A DNA stretch of 61,401 bases, the filler included, from Circinaria calcarea (Eukaryota), in assembly GCA_051942165.1 (NCBI GenBank). It is 9 parts of 9 records of this genome, joined end to end, with 100 filler letters (N's around TTAATTAATTAA, not from the genome) between each part and the next. Parts side by side here need not be neighbours in the genome. Positions count along the whole stretch, not along the records: positions 20,531 to 27,267 come from JAVECS010001504.1; positions 27,368 to 34,102 come from JAVECS010001505.1; 7 more parts are not named here. One strand, given 5' to 3'. Each line of letters starts with the position of its first letter. Position 1 is the first letter of the stretch. The notes below the pieces were generated by a model. The model saw nothing but the letters and a program-made list of their open reading frames with translations. It had not been told where the DNA came from and ran no database searches. Position numbers and translations under genes: made by a program. Positions 21,437-34,202 of the stretch are shown one piece after another.

Positions 21437-24280
21437 TTATAGCCTACTCTCGATTCCAGCCAAGGGTTGTTCGCCAGGCCAGTGGACCTCGGGCCAGATG
21501 TGTCGCATCGCTTCCCAAATATGGTTGACATGGATGATCTCCAGTCCGTCCTTGACCTCTTGCGGCAAATCCTTGACATCCTTCTTGTTGTTCATGGGAA
21601 GCAACACCGTTCTGACCCCAGCTCTCAGAGCACCAATGAGTTTCTCCTTAATTCCGCCCACCGGCATAACCCGCCCTCGGAGACTAACCTCCCCTGTCAT
21701 AGCGATCTGCGGCGGCACAGCTTTGCCGGAGAAGAGGGAGATGAGGGCGATGGTATGGGCAAGACCTGCAGATGGCCCATCTTTGGGTATTGCTCCCGAA
21801 GGGCAATGGACATGAATGCTTCGATTCTTCATGATGTCCTCATTGTGATCATGCGTAAGGCCAAGCTCATATGCATGAGCCTTGACCCAAGTCAAAGCCA
21901 CCTCAACCGACTCTTTTAGCACATCTCCCAATTTACCAGTGAGCTGTACACGACCTGTACCCGGCATATCTGCGACCTCGATGAACAAGATACTGCCTTG
22001 ACCGCCGTAAGAATATGCCACTAATCCAGTGACGATGCCAGGAACGGATTTCTTTTCGGCAATTTCCTCGTCGAAACGCTCAATACCAAGAATATCCTCA
22101 AGATCTTCAACCGAGACATGTGGCTTGTAGCTATCTATGTTTGAACTATCTTTGGCGTCCGCATATTGGACGGCCTTGAAACGGCACACAGAACCGATTT
22201 CACGCTCGAGATTCCGAACCCCGGATTCACGAGTGTAGGATGTAATGATTGTATCCACAACATCATCAGTGAATTTCACCTGACCCTCACCCATACCATT
22301 GGTCGTGATCTGCTTCGGTATGAGATGCTGATTGGCGATGTGCCTTTTCTCCACAGTGGTATAGCCCGAGAGGCTGATTGTTTCCATCCTATCCAAAAGT
22401 GGGGGTGGAATAGTGTCTAACGAATTGGCAGTGGCGATGAAGAGGACCTTACTGAGGTCGATAGGGATGTTAACATAGTGATCCGTAAATGTATGGTTCT
22501 GCTCCGGATCGAGGACTTCAAGCATAGCGGCGGAAGGATCACCGTGGAAATTCGATCCGCCGACTTTGTCTATCTCGTCAAGTAGAAAAACAGGGTTAGC
22601 AACACCGACTTTCTTCAATCCATTGACGATAAGGCCTGGCATAGCGGCTACATATGTTCTTCGATGCCCTCTAATTTCTGCTTCATCCCGAACACCACCA
22701 AGGGAGATTCGATGGAATTTGCGGCCGAGTGCAGTAGCCACGGATTTCGCTAGACTTGTTTTGCCAGTTCCTGGAGGTCCGACGAGTAACAATATCGGCG
22801 ACTTATCTACCATGCGCTTACTCTTGAGTGTTTGAACCTTGGTAATTTCTGTATCTGATTGTCCAGTGCTTGGGGGATCTTGTTCCTCATCTTTCCTCTC
22901 GATGGAGACAGCTTCAGTGCTAGCTTGCTTGAGTTGCGCTTCCAAATCGGCATTTATCGCCTGCTTCAGCTTCAACACGGCTAGGTACTCCAGTAACCGT
23001 TTCTTGATCTTCTCGAGGCCATAGTGATCATCGTCGAGTTGCTTGCGAGCCCGCTTAAGGGTCTCAATACCAAGCTGGTCCTCGGTCATCCTTGTCCATG
23101 GTATTTCTGACAGGTTCTCCAAGTAGGTCCTGCAAACACCGTACTCTGCCTGTGCAGGATTCATCTTTTTAAGTCTCTTGAGCTCCTTGTCCGCCACTTT
23201 CCGAGCTTCTGGTGTAAGCTTTGCGTCGTCCAACTTCTGCTTGAGCTCTTCGATCTCATTCGGTTCCTCTTCCCCTCCGTTGTCGTCACCACCCTTACCC
23301 GACAGACCCGGTGGTAGTTGGCTAGGACCGAATCCACCCATAGCCCGCCGTATTAGGGCCTCTCTTTGCTGCTGTGGTATGCTGTTGATATCTAGGCCTT
23401 GCGAAGGAACGGTGGTACTCATGATGGAGGTAATCTTCATGCCACCTTTGATACTCTGGACTTGGCGAGATAGTAGCTCAATCACTCGGTCAAGGCGGTC
23501 TGTAACCTTGGTAGCGGACAGAACACGTAATCTCTCCTCAAAAGATGCTTCGACCACGTTTGCCATGAAGTCTGCTAGCACACCCGCCTCTTGAAAGTCC
23601 TTTCTCGATATGAAGAGCTCCATCCGGCGTGCTAAGACTGGCGAAAGCGTCGTTGAGGAGCGTGGTAATAGGGATGATAATCTTATAAGAGTGAGTAGCT
23701 CCCGCGAGAGTTGCTTCAGTTGGTCGAATAGGTTCTGTATTTCCTCATCGGCAGAGTCGATAACTAATGTAGCATCTTGTCAGCGTATGACCTAGTGATG
23801 CCTGTTGCTTCACTTGCCATCATCATCCAAGTACGTTACTTCAGCATTAAAGTATGGCTTTTCCTGCGTTATCCTTTCCACTCGAAACCGCCGGATACCC
23901 TCAACGATCAGAGACAATTCCGAGCGACGCCCCTGCACACCGGATATTTTGGCCACAGTGCCATAAGTAAACAGGTCCTCCTTAGCAGCCTTGCCTGGAT
24001 TTATTTCTGACCTTCCTGCTCTCCTCCGACTGCTTCCTTCTCCGTCATCCAACAGATTCTGACCATCGGGGCTCAAAAGGGGCGAGTTCAGAGGTATGCA
24101 CCCGATAGAGATAGTTGTTGTATCTGGCTTGGGCGTTGACGCTCTAGTATATACCGCAGACAGGAGCGCTGGAATATCCGGGCGACTCTGTACCGGTACT
24201 CGCATTGTAATCCCCGGTAGCAGGACCGCATCCTTTGCGAGAGGGAGAAGAGGGAGGTTCTTAGATTTCGAGAAACCCAT
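21437..24280 (-). CDS. LONP2: Peroxisomal Lon protease (LONP2-type), 929 aa; GC-AG intron 23817-23764
   Basis: Lon N-domain (LPLLPL..VLLPG), AAA+ motifs GPPGTGKTS and LLDEIDK, protease PKDGPSAG and GGIKEK, and a C-terminal PTS1 (-SRL). Confidence 0.96.
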
Positions 24281-24479
24281 GATTCAAAGTCGGCGGTCAG
24301 AGCTGGCTTAAGAAAATTCGGGCGGGATAATCGTTGTCTTCGCTGAACGAGAGATTAGGGAATATGACAGAGAGAAAGTGAGAGTCGATTAGTTTATTAT
24401 AGGGTGTTTCTGGTGGGGGACCTGCTGGAGTACTTGCAGATCAGCGTGCCAAACGCTGTCCACTACATCATCACCGTAG

Positions 24480-24884
24480 CCGAGGCTCAGCCCTAAGTTA
24501 GAGTATAGAATCCGGGGTAATTGGCACGAGTCTCGGGGCCCACTACCTACTTGTGATTTCCCATTTCCTACTATTGTATCTATCTGCTCAAGGTAATATC
24601 AGTTCAAGTGTCCTCTTATGTCTTTTTACGAATTCATCTTTTTTCATGCCAGAAAGCCATGAGCACCTGTGGGTTAATTTCCTGACCGACGGATGAATAT
24701 CCTACGTGTTAAAGCTACGTCGTATTCGTAAGAACAGGCATTGCCTAGAGATCCTTCCACAGCAATCTGCATAATCGTCACTGTTATCCAAAGGCCGACC
24801 CCAGAGTTTAAGCTTTCTCAGCCCATTGATGACAGTCGCCTGGACCTTGAATCAGTGCACTCGGATCAGAAGGTGCATCCTCGG
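24480..24884. promoter_or_regulatory. Two FarA/FarB-type CCTCGG sites upstream of peroxisomal Lon
   Basis: CCGAGG at 24480-24485 and CCTCGG at 24879-24884. CCTCGG is the known site in fatty-acid and peroxisomal gene promoters of filamentous fungi, but it is a short motif. Confidence 0.4.
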
Positions 24885-25158
24885 TTCAAAAGTCTGGTTT
24901 AATCATCCCCTTTTACTTTCCTTTCCCTTTTATTCTCGCAAGACTAAAACCCGAGTTGGGCGGATTCTGAAGAGACGTATGCTAAACTAGACTTGAAATT
25001 TTGCCGGACAACAGAGGAAGGTTGGTAGTTTTTGGTGATTGAGGGGTAACTCGGAAAGGGGGAATCTCGTAGAAATATTGGATTTTTAGTGTTATGAAGG
25101 GGTTAGAAAGGATATAAGAGCATTTTTAACAGTCGAAAGGCGGCTTTGCTTATAACCA

Positions 25159-27267
25159 TCACCCCCTCCCCCTTCTCCCTGGTCGCGCATTTTTCATCCG
25201 TCTCTTCTCCTTCGCCGCCTCCACCATTTTCTTCTTCTTGTGATAGTCATCCCTATACCGATCCGGCTCCTTCGGTGCTTTCTCGGACTTGTGTCTGAAT
25301 CTCTTGCCGTGCATTCCTCCTCGATGCGATGAACTAGCGTTGGTGTTTTCTGTTTCGCCGACGCGAGGTAGACGGTCGATTTTATTGGATTTGCGCCAGG
25401 CGTCGAATCTCCCGCTCTTGAAACTGGCGGCGATTTTCTGGCCGCTCTCGCCTTTGATCATTTTGGCGCCCTTGGAGCCGTCCTCGTCGTTGGCGCGAGC
25501 AACGTACTTTTTGTTCTTTTTGTCCCAGCGGAGACCTCGAGCGCGACTGGGTTCGGCAAAGGCTTTGGCGCCGTCGTCGTTTGCGAGGTCCATAGTTGCG
25601 CCACGGGCGGCTTGGACGAAGTTGGAGTTTTGGGAGGCAGTGTTGTAGGATCCTGAGTGCACGCCGTAGCCGCGGTCTTCTGCGAGGTTGAGGGAGGACG
25701 GGGTGTAGGCCATGAAGTGTTCCGAATCTTGGAAGCTGGCATTTTTCTTATTCGAACGGGTCCCTTCAGGGTGAGAGAAAGTTATTTCGAGCTCATCTTC
25801 GCTTGCAGAGTCCATGTTTGTATTATCCGGCAATCCATTCTCCAGCTCGATATCTTCGGTGTCTTCCATCCTACCTGAACCCGAGATGTTTGGTTCAGGC
25901 TGTGAATCTTCTTGAATGGGTCTCCTAGCGTCTTCGCGACTTCTCTTGGCTGATATTGTTACCCTGCGCTTCTTCATTACCTCTGCTGCCTCTGTGGTAG
26001 GGCCACGTTTTCCAATTTCGAAAACCGTCTCTTGCGGTCTAAAACCGCTCACACGTGCAAGCATCTTTTCCCGTTCAATCTCTAAATGATCTGAATCATT
26101 ACTGAATAATGGATGCAATTCTATCCATCCTTTCGATGTCACCACATCCTTTGATCGTTTGGCACTTTCGCTCGAAGCAGCATTCCTAGTCCTCAAGTAC
26201 AGTTTTTCGCCCTTACCCGCCACCGAACGTAGTGCCTGTATGTCTACGTCTTCATCTAACAACTTCGTAACCCATTCGCAGCTCCGTTCAAGACGATCTC
26301 TCATTAGACTGCCAACCACAACATCCTCAGCATAATTTACCATTCCTCCGTGGTCACGTCCAAGGATCAGAGGTTTACCTAAGAACAGCTGGAGATCTAG
26401 CAGGTAAGGTGCATCGGATTCTCTGGTAAGACTGTAGCTCCAGCCTTTTTGGCCGGCTCGAGCGGTTCTTCCAACACGGTGCACAAAGATCTTTGGCTGA
26501 GCAGGGAAATCGTAATTGATTACATTAGCTAGGACAGGTATATCGATTCCTCGTGCGGCAACATCTGTAACCACCAGAATATTGGTCATTCCTGTTCTGA
26601 AGTCCTGGACTTGCATCTTGCGGGCTGTCTGATCAAGTGATCCATAAGCATGCGATACAGCAAATCCCGAAAGCCGTAGTAGAGCTGCAAGGTAGTCTAC
26701 ATGATGTTTGGTTGCAGCAAAGATAATGGTTGAATGGGCGGTAGGCGATTCATGTGGCTTCACTCTGTCGAATTCACTACGCTTCCGCTTCTTGCTGGTC
26801 TTGGCCGCATCTTCGATCGCCCGTTTCGCGGCCTCTGTCTGTCCGGTTGGAACCTTGATAACGTCGTTTAATAAGTGGAGAAGAGCGCCCTCCTTTTCGG
26901 CGCTCTTTACAGTAAAAAAAGCACTTTGAAGGTCGGGTGAAATCTTGCTTTCCGCGTCTAGACGAATCAAGCTTGGCTCCTGTAGACCAGCCCTTGCGAA
27001 TTCCACCAAAGACTTTGGTAAAGTTGCAGAAAATAGGAGTGTCTGCCTTGACTGTGGTAAGGCATGTAGAATTTCTGTCAGCTGGGCAGCGAAACCCATT
27101 TCAAACAACCGATCGGCCTCGTCAAAAACAACGTAACGCATGGATGACAGGTCCAGGCCCATCTCAACTTGAAGATGCAGGAACCTTCCTGGGGTGGCAA
27201 TGACGATATCTGGATTGCCTGCCATGAAACTGAATTGTTCTTCAAGACTGTCTCCTCCAACAAGCAA
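25159..27267 (-). CDS. DBP10: DEAD-box RNA helicase Dbp10, 5'-partial
   Basis: [41 protein letters not shown], plus the Dbp10 C-terminal region [29 protein letters not shown]. Confidence 0.96.
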   Translation of the reverse strand: MLVGGDSLEEQFSFMAGNPDIVIATPGRFLHLQVEMGLDLSSMRYVVFDEADRLFEMGFAAQLTEILHALPQSRQTLLFSATLPKSLVEFARAGLQEPSLIRLDAESKISPDLQSAFFTVKSAEKEGALLHLLNDVIKVPTGQTEAAKRAIEDAAKTSKKRKRSEFDRVKPHESPTAHSTIIFAATKHHVDYLAALLRLSGFAVSHAYGSLDQTARKMQVQDFRTGMTNILVVTDVAARGIDIPVLANVINYDFPAQPKIFVHRVGRTARAGQKGWSYSLTRESDAPYLLDLQLFLGKPLILGRDHGGMVNYAEDVVVGSLMRDRLERSCEWVTKLLDEDVDIQALRSVAGKGEKLYLRTRNAASSESAKRSKDVVTSKGWIELHPLFSNDSDHLEIEREKMLARVSGFRPQETVFEIGKRGPTTEAAEVMKKRRVTISAKRSREDARRPIQEDSQPEPNISGSGRMEDTEDIELENGLPDNTNMDSASEDELEITFSHPEGTRSNKKNASFQDSEHFMAYTPSSLNLAEDRGYGVHSGSYNTASQNSNFVQAARGATMDLANDDGAKAFAEPSRARGLRWDKKNKKYVARANDEDGSKGAKMIKGESGQKIAASFKSGRFDAWRKSNKIDRLPRVGETENTNASSSHRGGMHGKRFRHKSEKAPKEPDRYRDDYHKKKKMVEAAKEKRRMKNARPGRRGRG

Positions 27268-27367
27268 NNNNNNNNNNNNNNNNNNNNNNNNNNNNNNNNN
27301 NNNNNNNNNNNTTAATTAATTAANNNNNNNNNNNNNNNNNNNNNNNNNNNNNNNNNNNNNNNNNNNN
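27268..27367. other. Artificial contig-joining spacer
   Basis: N44-TTAATTAATTAA-N44. Confidence 0.98.
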
Positions 27368-28832
27368 AAATATATGCGGATAGACTATGGCGGGAAATAG
27401 CGCTCCTCAAACAGTGGCTTGCTATGAGTGGAAAAGAAAACAGGAAGAATGCGCAATGGACTGCGAGACACGAAGAGGACGTCTCTCATGCTTACTTCCA
27501 TTACTATACTAGTCACTTTGATCAGCCGTACTTGAGGGAAGCTTTTGCGCAGATACCACATGTTTTACAGATTGATGATCATGATATGTGAGTCTCCGGT
27601 TATTCAACGAGACTCACAAGCTAATGTGGTGCAGATTTGATGGATTCGGCTCTTATCCCGAGTACATGCAGTTTTCCAACATGTTCAAAAATATAGGCCG
27701 TATCGGTATAGAAATGTATCTTCTATTCCAGCATCACACGTCACTCGAGATACTCCGAAACGTCAGTACCGACGTCGATATCTTCACGATCACGGGCACT
27801 GGTTGGCACTTCATCAAGTTTCTAGGACCGGCAGTAGTTGTCGTTGGACCTGATTGTCGTTCAGAGAGAAATCCACACCAAGTTATGGCAGGACCAACAT
27901 ATCAAGGCTTGTTCCCAAAAGTTGCTACGCTGCCCCCTAGTGTGCAGCATTGTATTTGGATGATCTCAGTTCCAGTCATCTATCCAAGATTGGAAGCAGC
28001 CGAGCAAGTTGCCCATACAATAGCCACAGGCAAGAAAGCGGTTACCGGGGCTTACAATCTCATGGGCAAAATGACAAGTTCAGTGGCAGGCGTCGTCGGG
28101 GCGAAAGGGGTAGTTGGTAGTGGCTTTGACTCAGTCAAGAGAGCTGTTGGCAAGACCGGATTGATGGGCGGGATATTGAGTCCATTTGGTGACATTGACG
28201 TGCTTGATGAGCTGAGAGACCAGTGGACCCACGAATCTAAAGTGGGTTGATAAAATTCTAAACGTTCATCTCCTTTCTAACGCGCATGGCAGGATCTCGA
28301 GAGGACTTATCTAATCCGGACTCTGCAAGGGATCGCACGTCAAAGGTCCATCCGTATGACCTTTCTTTCTGGCGCTGTCGATTGCTGTGGTGCTGGCCTT
28401 GTGCATGATCCCAGTCGGCCATCTGACCACAAGACAATGTACCAACTCATATCGTCCTCAGTTGTCAATACCCCTCCGCCATCTTATGTCCTGAAAATTC
28501 TGCATAACCAAAAGCAACTTTACGTCCCAGCCAACGGGCACAGGTCGACCAACCAGCCGAGCGACACGAAAGAAGACATGATGGAGATCTTCCCCGAAGA
28601 ACCGGATGGCAGGCCCAGGGAGAACAAGAAGCTCATGGGCAGGAGGAACTACGTGGCCATTGTGGCCTACGATCCCGAAGTCGTCCAGGGGACGTTTGGA
28701 AGGACTGATATGAGCCATGGGGGCGGCATGCTCAGCCTAGCAGCCGACTTTATGGTTCAGGGAGAAGCAGCTTATGGAGGGGTGCGTAAATATGGGCCGG
28801 TGATAATTAACGCAGTGGCGGGGAGAATTTGA
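27368..28832 (+). CDS. Fungal PhoD-like metallophosphatase-domain protein, 5'-partial, two introns
   Basis: FAQIPHVLQIDDHDI|FDGFGSYP, GPDCRSER, VPVIYPRL, DELRDQWTH, MTFLSGAVDCCGAG, MYQLISS. Confidence 0.8.
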
Positions 28833-28918
28833 TTCAAATGTACGGTTCGAGGGATGTCTTTTCCATAGGAGAAGGGAAATTGGAATCTCATTATTTTTAT
28901 ATTTATAGAAAATAAATT

Positions 28919-29052
28919 CGACCGGAAAGTCGAGCCAAGACTTCCGGACTCACTGGAACCCTATGTCTCCCCGGACCGGGGTCACCGACCCGAATGAGAG
29001 AATGGGGTTCAGGTGAGTCGGGGTCGGGATTTTCGGCTCGACTTTCCGATCG
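28919..29052. repeat. 134-bp imperfect fold-back (MITE-like or element terminus)
   Basis: Outer arms CGACCGGAAAGTCGAGCC vs reverse complement CGATCGGAAAGTCGAGCC (17/18). Inner arms GACTCACTGGAACCC vs GACTCACCTGAACCC. Confidence 0.75.
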
Positions 29053-29459
29053 TTTCTCATGAATGAATACCGACGGCGAGATTCATTTTCTTTTAGTCAC
29101 CCCGCTTTTCCTGATTCCATATTCGGTTCTCTCTGGTATAACCCGCCATGCATCATCCAGCTGAAAGAACGGCAACGATTTATGAAGCCGGGAGGTGTCC
29201 TTGAGAACCGGCAGACACTCCGGCAGACACGTTCCAGTATATCGCGGGTAGCTCAGACAGAGTGGGACTGTATTCCTCTATTGAGTTGGCTCCCCGGAGG
29301 ATGATTCCCAAGCCACTATAGTCGACACCAGTACTGCCGCCGGTAAGTTGGACACTTGAAGTTCTTGTCGGCGTTTCTTTCTGATATCTCCTTTCCAGGC
29401 ATCGATAGTATCGATTGGTCGAACGTTGCCGATTGATATCTTCTTGGCCGATATTAGTC

Positions 29460-29960
29460 ATGGACTCCGAAGCCCGAATCATGAACGAAAATGATGGCGA
29501 CTTCAACTCGTCCGATGTGGAATTCCAGCCTCCGCCGCCCAAGCACGCAACGTTACCAGGCAAGGCCTCTATTGACTTGTTGATTCAGCATGCCGCATCC
29601 GATCGGCTGACCACGAAACAAACCGTCAAGCAGCTCCAGTTCGGCCATGGAGCGCCGAGCACCCAAGCCAAACAAGCCTTGTGGGTGGCACGCTTCAACG
29701 CGTTCCGTGAATACACCTTGAAGCAATCCGTCACCGTGCCCTTTACGGGGAATGACCTGCTGCGTTTTTTTGATGCCATTATTGGTATGTCCTTCTCTTT
29801 TCGTCGGAGGTGTGCTGACGGTGCGAATCGATGCCGTCGATTCGCTTGAGCTGCTCGTTTTGGAGGAGGTAATACGTGCATATATCGAATCCCTCTATAA
29901 GCTAGCTCAGCATGTTTACCTTTCCCGGGCACGAATATTACTATACAATACTTTACTAGA
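29460..29960 (+). pseudogene. Truncated N-terminal fragment of a probable tyrosine-recombinase-like gene
   Basis: HGAPSTQAKQALWVARFNAFREYTLKQSVTVPFTGNDLLRFFDAII fits the T..(Y/W)..F..F....T..D+..F helix pattern of YR core-binding domains. An intron donor (GTATGT, 29785) and branch (GCTGAC) follow, with no productive downstream exon, then AT-rich decay. Confidence 0.45.
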
Positions 29961-31327
29961 CTAGCAACACAATATGAAAAAATAATATAAAAATTGCCGT
30001 AAAAAATTAATAGCCTATTACTTTCTTATATCGTATACTTGAAATGCCTCGAAATGAAGTGAAACGAAATTAATTAAAAAATAATTTATAAAACAAATAA
30101 ATAGCTTTTTTTTAGCTTAGAAAACTATGATTTATACACTCGCAATAAGCTGGCAGGAATATATTCCTTCTGGCTGGGTGAGGACTACGGGAGATGACCA
30201 CCATGGAGGGTGTTGCAACGTAGGACACAATTACGAGGGGGGTAATCCCCACTGACGGCCACATGATATTTAGCGGTGGAGCAGGGTCGCGATTGAACGG
30301 TCCCACTGTTCTCTATTAAGTATTATCTCGAGTGTCAGATGAAAGATCAACGATCCACCCATCAGCAGCATACGTGTTCAATATGCATGCGCTCTATACG
30401 GAGTATATGACGAAAAGCCAAGTATGTCTGGTTTCGGTGTCCGAAAGTGAAGCCTGTCCCCTGCACGAACGCTCCATATTTTGGGACAAGTCTCCAGGCT
30501 CCCGCAGTGAATTGCATTTATTCTAGTACAAGACCTCCACGATCTCCGTCGCGGCCTGAGCCGAATCGTAACTGCATCCGGTGGCATCCTCTGGTCTCCA
30601 GCCGTCATTGGCATCACATGGCATTATCATCTCGCGTGACCGATTCTGCAGGTTGGCTCACTAGAGACTGTGAGAGAGCACCGTTCCCTTTTGCTCAGCT
30701 GCAGGTGGTGTTCCATGGGCGGTCAAGGCAAGCCTTTAATAGTAAAGCATTAACTCCAACAATCGGTGGTGGACGAGTCAATCAGCCGCCGCCGGTGACT
30801 TGCTGGTTGTCCATGACTCATTGAGATTAGGCGGCGATAATGCTGTAAGCGACGGAAGTGACTTGTCCCGTAACTCCGTGTCACCGGCATCGTAAATGGG
30901 CAGAAAAGTTCCCGAAAACACACGTGTGAATGGGACCGGGCGGATTCTCATCTTATCAGACATTGGCCGGGTCGAATAGAGTAACCGCTAAGCAGGGGAT
31001 GAAGGAGTCTTCTTCCAAGGCTAGCGCGGCTCAGCTCAGATTGCTGGGCCAATTCACCATGGGTGCGACGTTGAGTTTCCCGGGCATGGCACAGCCATTC
31101 TTCATCCTTTCCGCTTCCATGATGGTTTCGGCGCACGGAAATCTCTTAAGGCCGAAGGACGAACCGGGCTAGAGCCGCATGCGTACTGGTAACTAATCGG
31201 GTCTGAATCGACGCATCATAATAGATGCCTTGAATAAAGTCAAGACACCTTCTCCTATCACTCCTTTGTTTACTGGTACTACTTTCTTTTCTGCAATCTT
31301 CACGTGTCCCTGCCTAACTCCTCCCTC

Positions 31328-33390
31328 ATGTTGTCCAAACCTTCTCCAACCATGGAACCTCCCGGTTACGGCCTTGCTGTGGGTGATATTGAGTTGACGC
31401 CGGCTACCACTGCAGTCCCTAGTCGAAATAGCTCCAAGCATCTTGCAGACAAAGATAAAGAGGCTGGCGTTGCTGTCTCCAATCCTCCATCGACGTACAG
31501 TACCCCTTCGGTCAAGGATATGGACAAAGAAACAGCTGCAGTATCATCAGAGAGCAGTCTGCCTCACGTCAAGGATCTGGCTGGAGACCCGGCCGCGGTG
31601 TCGGCGGACCAAAATCCAGCCCTTGAACGGAGCATCGAGGCAAATTACCCAAAAGGCATCAAGCTTGCAGTCATCGTGCTCGCCCTCTGTCTTGCGGTTT
31701 TCCTTGTCGCCTTGGTAGGTTTTGGGAAGATCATTGGCAGCTCAACGACCCATTGCTTACCCTTGGGTAGGATAATACCATCATAGCCACCGCTATTCCA
31801 AGGATAACAGATCAGTTCAAGGCGCTGGAGGACGTGGGATGGTACGCATCGGCATATCTTCTCACGACGTGCGCCTTACAACTGTTATTCGGCAAATTTT
31901 ACACGTTCTTTAGCATCAAATGGGTGTTTCTTATCGCAATTATAATCTTCGAGCTCGGCTCCCTGATCTGCGGTGTTGCGCCTAATTCGATAGCTTTGAT
32001 CATTGGCCGAGCGGTCGCTGGTTTAGGATCTGCCGGCATATTCCAAGGTGCCCTAACTATCATTTCATACAGCGTCGCTCTCGAGGAGAGACCAACCTAT
32101 CTGAGTGAGTGGATATTAATATTGCTAAAGGACTTATGCTAAAGGATGACCCTAGGTTTGATAGGCGGAATGTATGGAATTGCCTCAGTTGCTGGACCCT
32201 TAATGGGGGGTGCCTTTACCGACCACGTAAGCTGGAGGTGGTGTAAGTCAGACTTCTACAACCCTGTATTGATAATTGCTCATAGCCCGTTAAGGCTTTT
32301 ATATAAACCTCCCAATCGGTGCTTTGACTTTCGGAATTATAACGATCTTTTTCAAGTCTCCACCTAGAGCAAAGGAAGCCGCAGTAGGATTCAATGCACG
32401 CCTCAAGCAGTTTGACCCCATTGGAACAGTCCTTTTCATTCCCGCAATTATCTGCCTACTACTCGCATTGCAATGGGGTGGAACCACATATGCTTGGTCG
32501 AATGGTAGAATCATTGCTCTGTTCATCATGACCGGCTTACTTCTGATTGGATTTTTGGCTGTTCAAGTCTGGAAAGGGGAGAACGCGACGGTACCACTTC
32601 GGATCATGAACCAACGTACCATGATAGGCGGGGCATGGTTTGCTGTTACTCTAGGTGGTGCTTTTTTCATATTGGTTTACTACCTCCCGATTTGGTGCGT
32701 ACAGCTGAAATGTTTATCTATTATGAGTACGGTGTTTACTTACGATTTTCCAGGTTCCAAGCGATCCAGGGAACATCTGCGACAGGTTCTGGGATTAGAA
32801 ACCTTCCTCTCATCCTCGGACAGGTTATCATGGTGATCGGCTCCGGTGTCTTGACAACTAAACTCGGATATTATACGCCTTTCGTATACGGCTCTGTGGT
32901 GCTTATGTCTATCGGCGCAGGCCTCCTCACAACGCTCACTCCTGAATCTGGTCCCGGCAAGTGGATCGGGTACCAGGTTTTGTTTGGATTCGGAACAGGT
33001 CTTGGGTTTCAGCAGCCTGTCATTGCTGCTCAGACCGTCCTGAAGCATGAGGATATTCCAATCGGGACAGCAGCACTTCTGTTCATTCAGCTCTTGGGTG
33101 GTGCTTTGTTCGTATCTGTTGGCTCGAATATTTTCAACAACAAGTTGGTCTCGAATCTAGCTGCTGCACTTCCCGACGTAAGACCAGATAAAATTGTCTC
33201 CGCTGGTGCAACGGGCTTGAAGAACATAGTACGCCCTCAAGACCTTCCGACCGTATTGGTTGCCTACAATGCAGCCCTTACAAAGACCTTCCAAATCGCG
33301 CTTGTTCTGGCGTGTCTAAGCGCTCTTGGCGCCGTGCTTTTCGAGTGGAAATCTGTCAAAGGAAAGAAAATTGAAGCAGCCGCAGCTTGA
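31328..33390 (+). CDS. MFS DHA2 (14-TMS) toxin/drug efflux pump, AflT/GliA-like; multi-exon (start may be 31352)
   Basis: [94 protein letters not shown]. Confidence 0.95.
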
Positions 33391-34102
33391 AAGGGTTAGC
33401 AGGGTATCATGGTGACGTATGCTATCACCTTGCATAACAGTCTTCTAATCTCTTGGCCTGGGGGAGTGCATAAAAGAACGGCGTTGGCAGGACATCTGTA
33501 GCGTTTCGGGGTTCCAGTTGTACATATCAACTATTTCCTATGAGCTGTATATACCCCATCAGCACTCTTCTCAATGTGCTCCAAGAGTTATTGCGCAAGC
33601 AGCAATTACCCTAATTAGACGTCCTAATAAATTAGTCCAAGCAATATGCGCTCAATGTGTTAGGATTATATAGTATAGTTTTACCAAGATAGCGCTTCAG
33701 GTTCCTCGGAGATTTTCCATGTCTAAATCACCACGTGGCCGAGATGTGGCCTTCAGAGGCACATTTGTGAGTATAAACTTTCCCCTCCTTTGGGATGTGT
33801 TGGCAGCCTCCCAGATTTGTTGGAGGAGATGATCGTAAGGGACATGCAAAGATCAAATTGAGGGAAACGAACAAAGTATTTACATGCATTTCATTTTATT
33901 TATAGTACCTAACCCTTAAATATCCCGCGCTAGGCCCCCCATAGGTTCCACAGTTCTAACGGCCATCTCGTGGCTCCCTCCACTCCCGTTTATCAAAAAA
34001 AAACTGATACACATTCCAATCCCATAGACCAATTATTCGTCAAAGTCAACCACTTCAAGCTTCCCTTTTTCATAATATCCTTTTAACCCACCCCGCCCGT
34101 CA

Positions 34103-34202
34103 NNNNNNNNNNNNNNNNNNNNNNNNNNNNNNNNNNNNNNNNNNNNTTAATTAATTAANNNNNNNNNNNNNNNNNNNNNNNNNNNNNNNNNNNNNNNNNN
34201 NN
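34103..34202. other. Artificial contig-joining spacer
   Basis: N44-TTAATTAATTAA-N44. Confidence 0.98.

Noticed and set aside
31328..33390. MFS pump as evidence of a secondary-metabolite cluster
   Set aside because: No PKS, NRPS or tailoring gene on this contig, and neighbours across spacers are unrelated.
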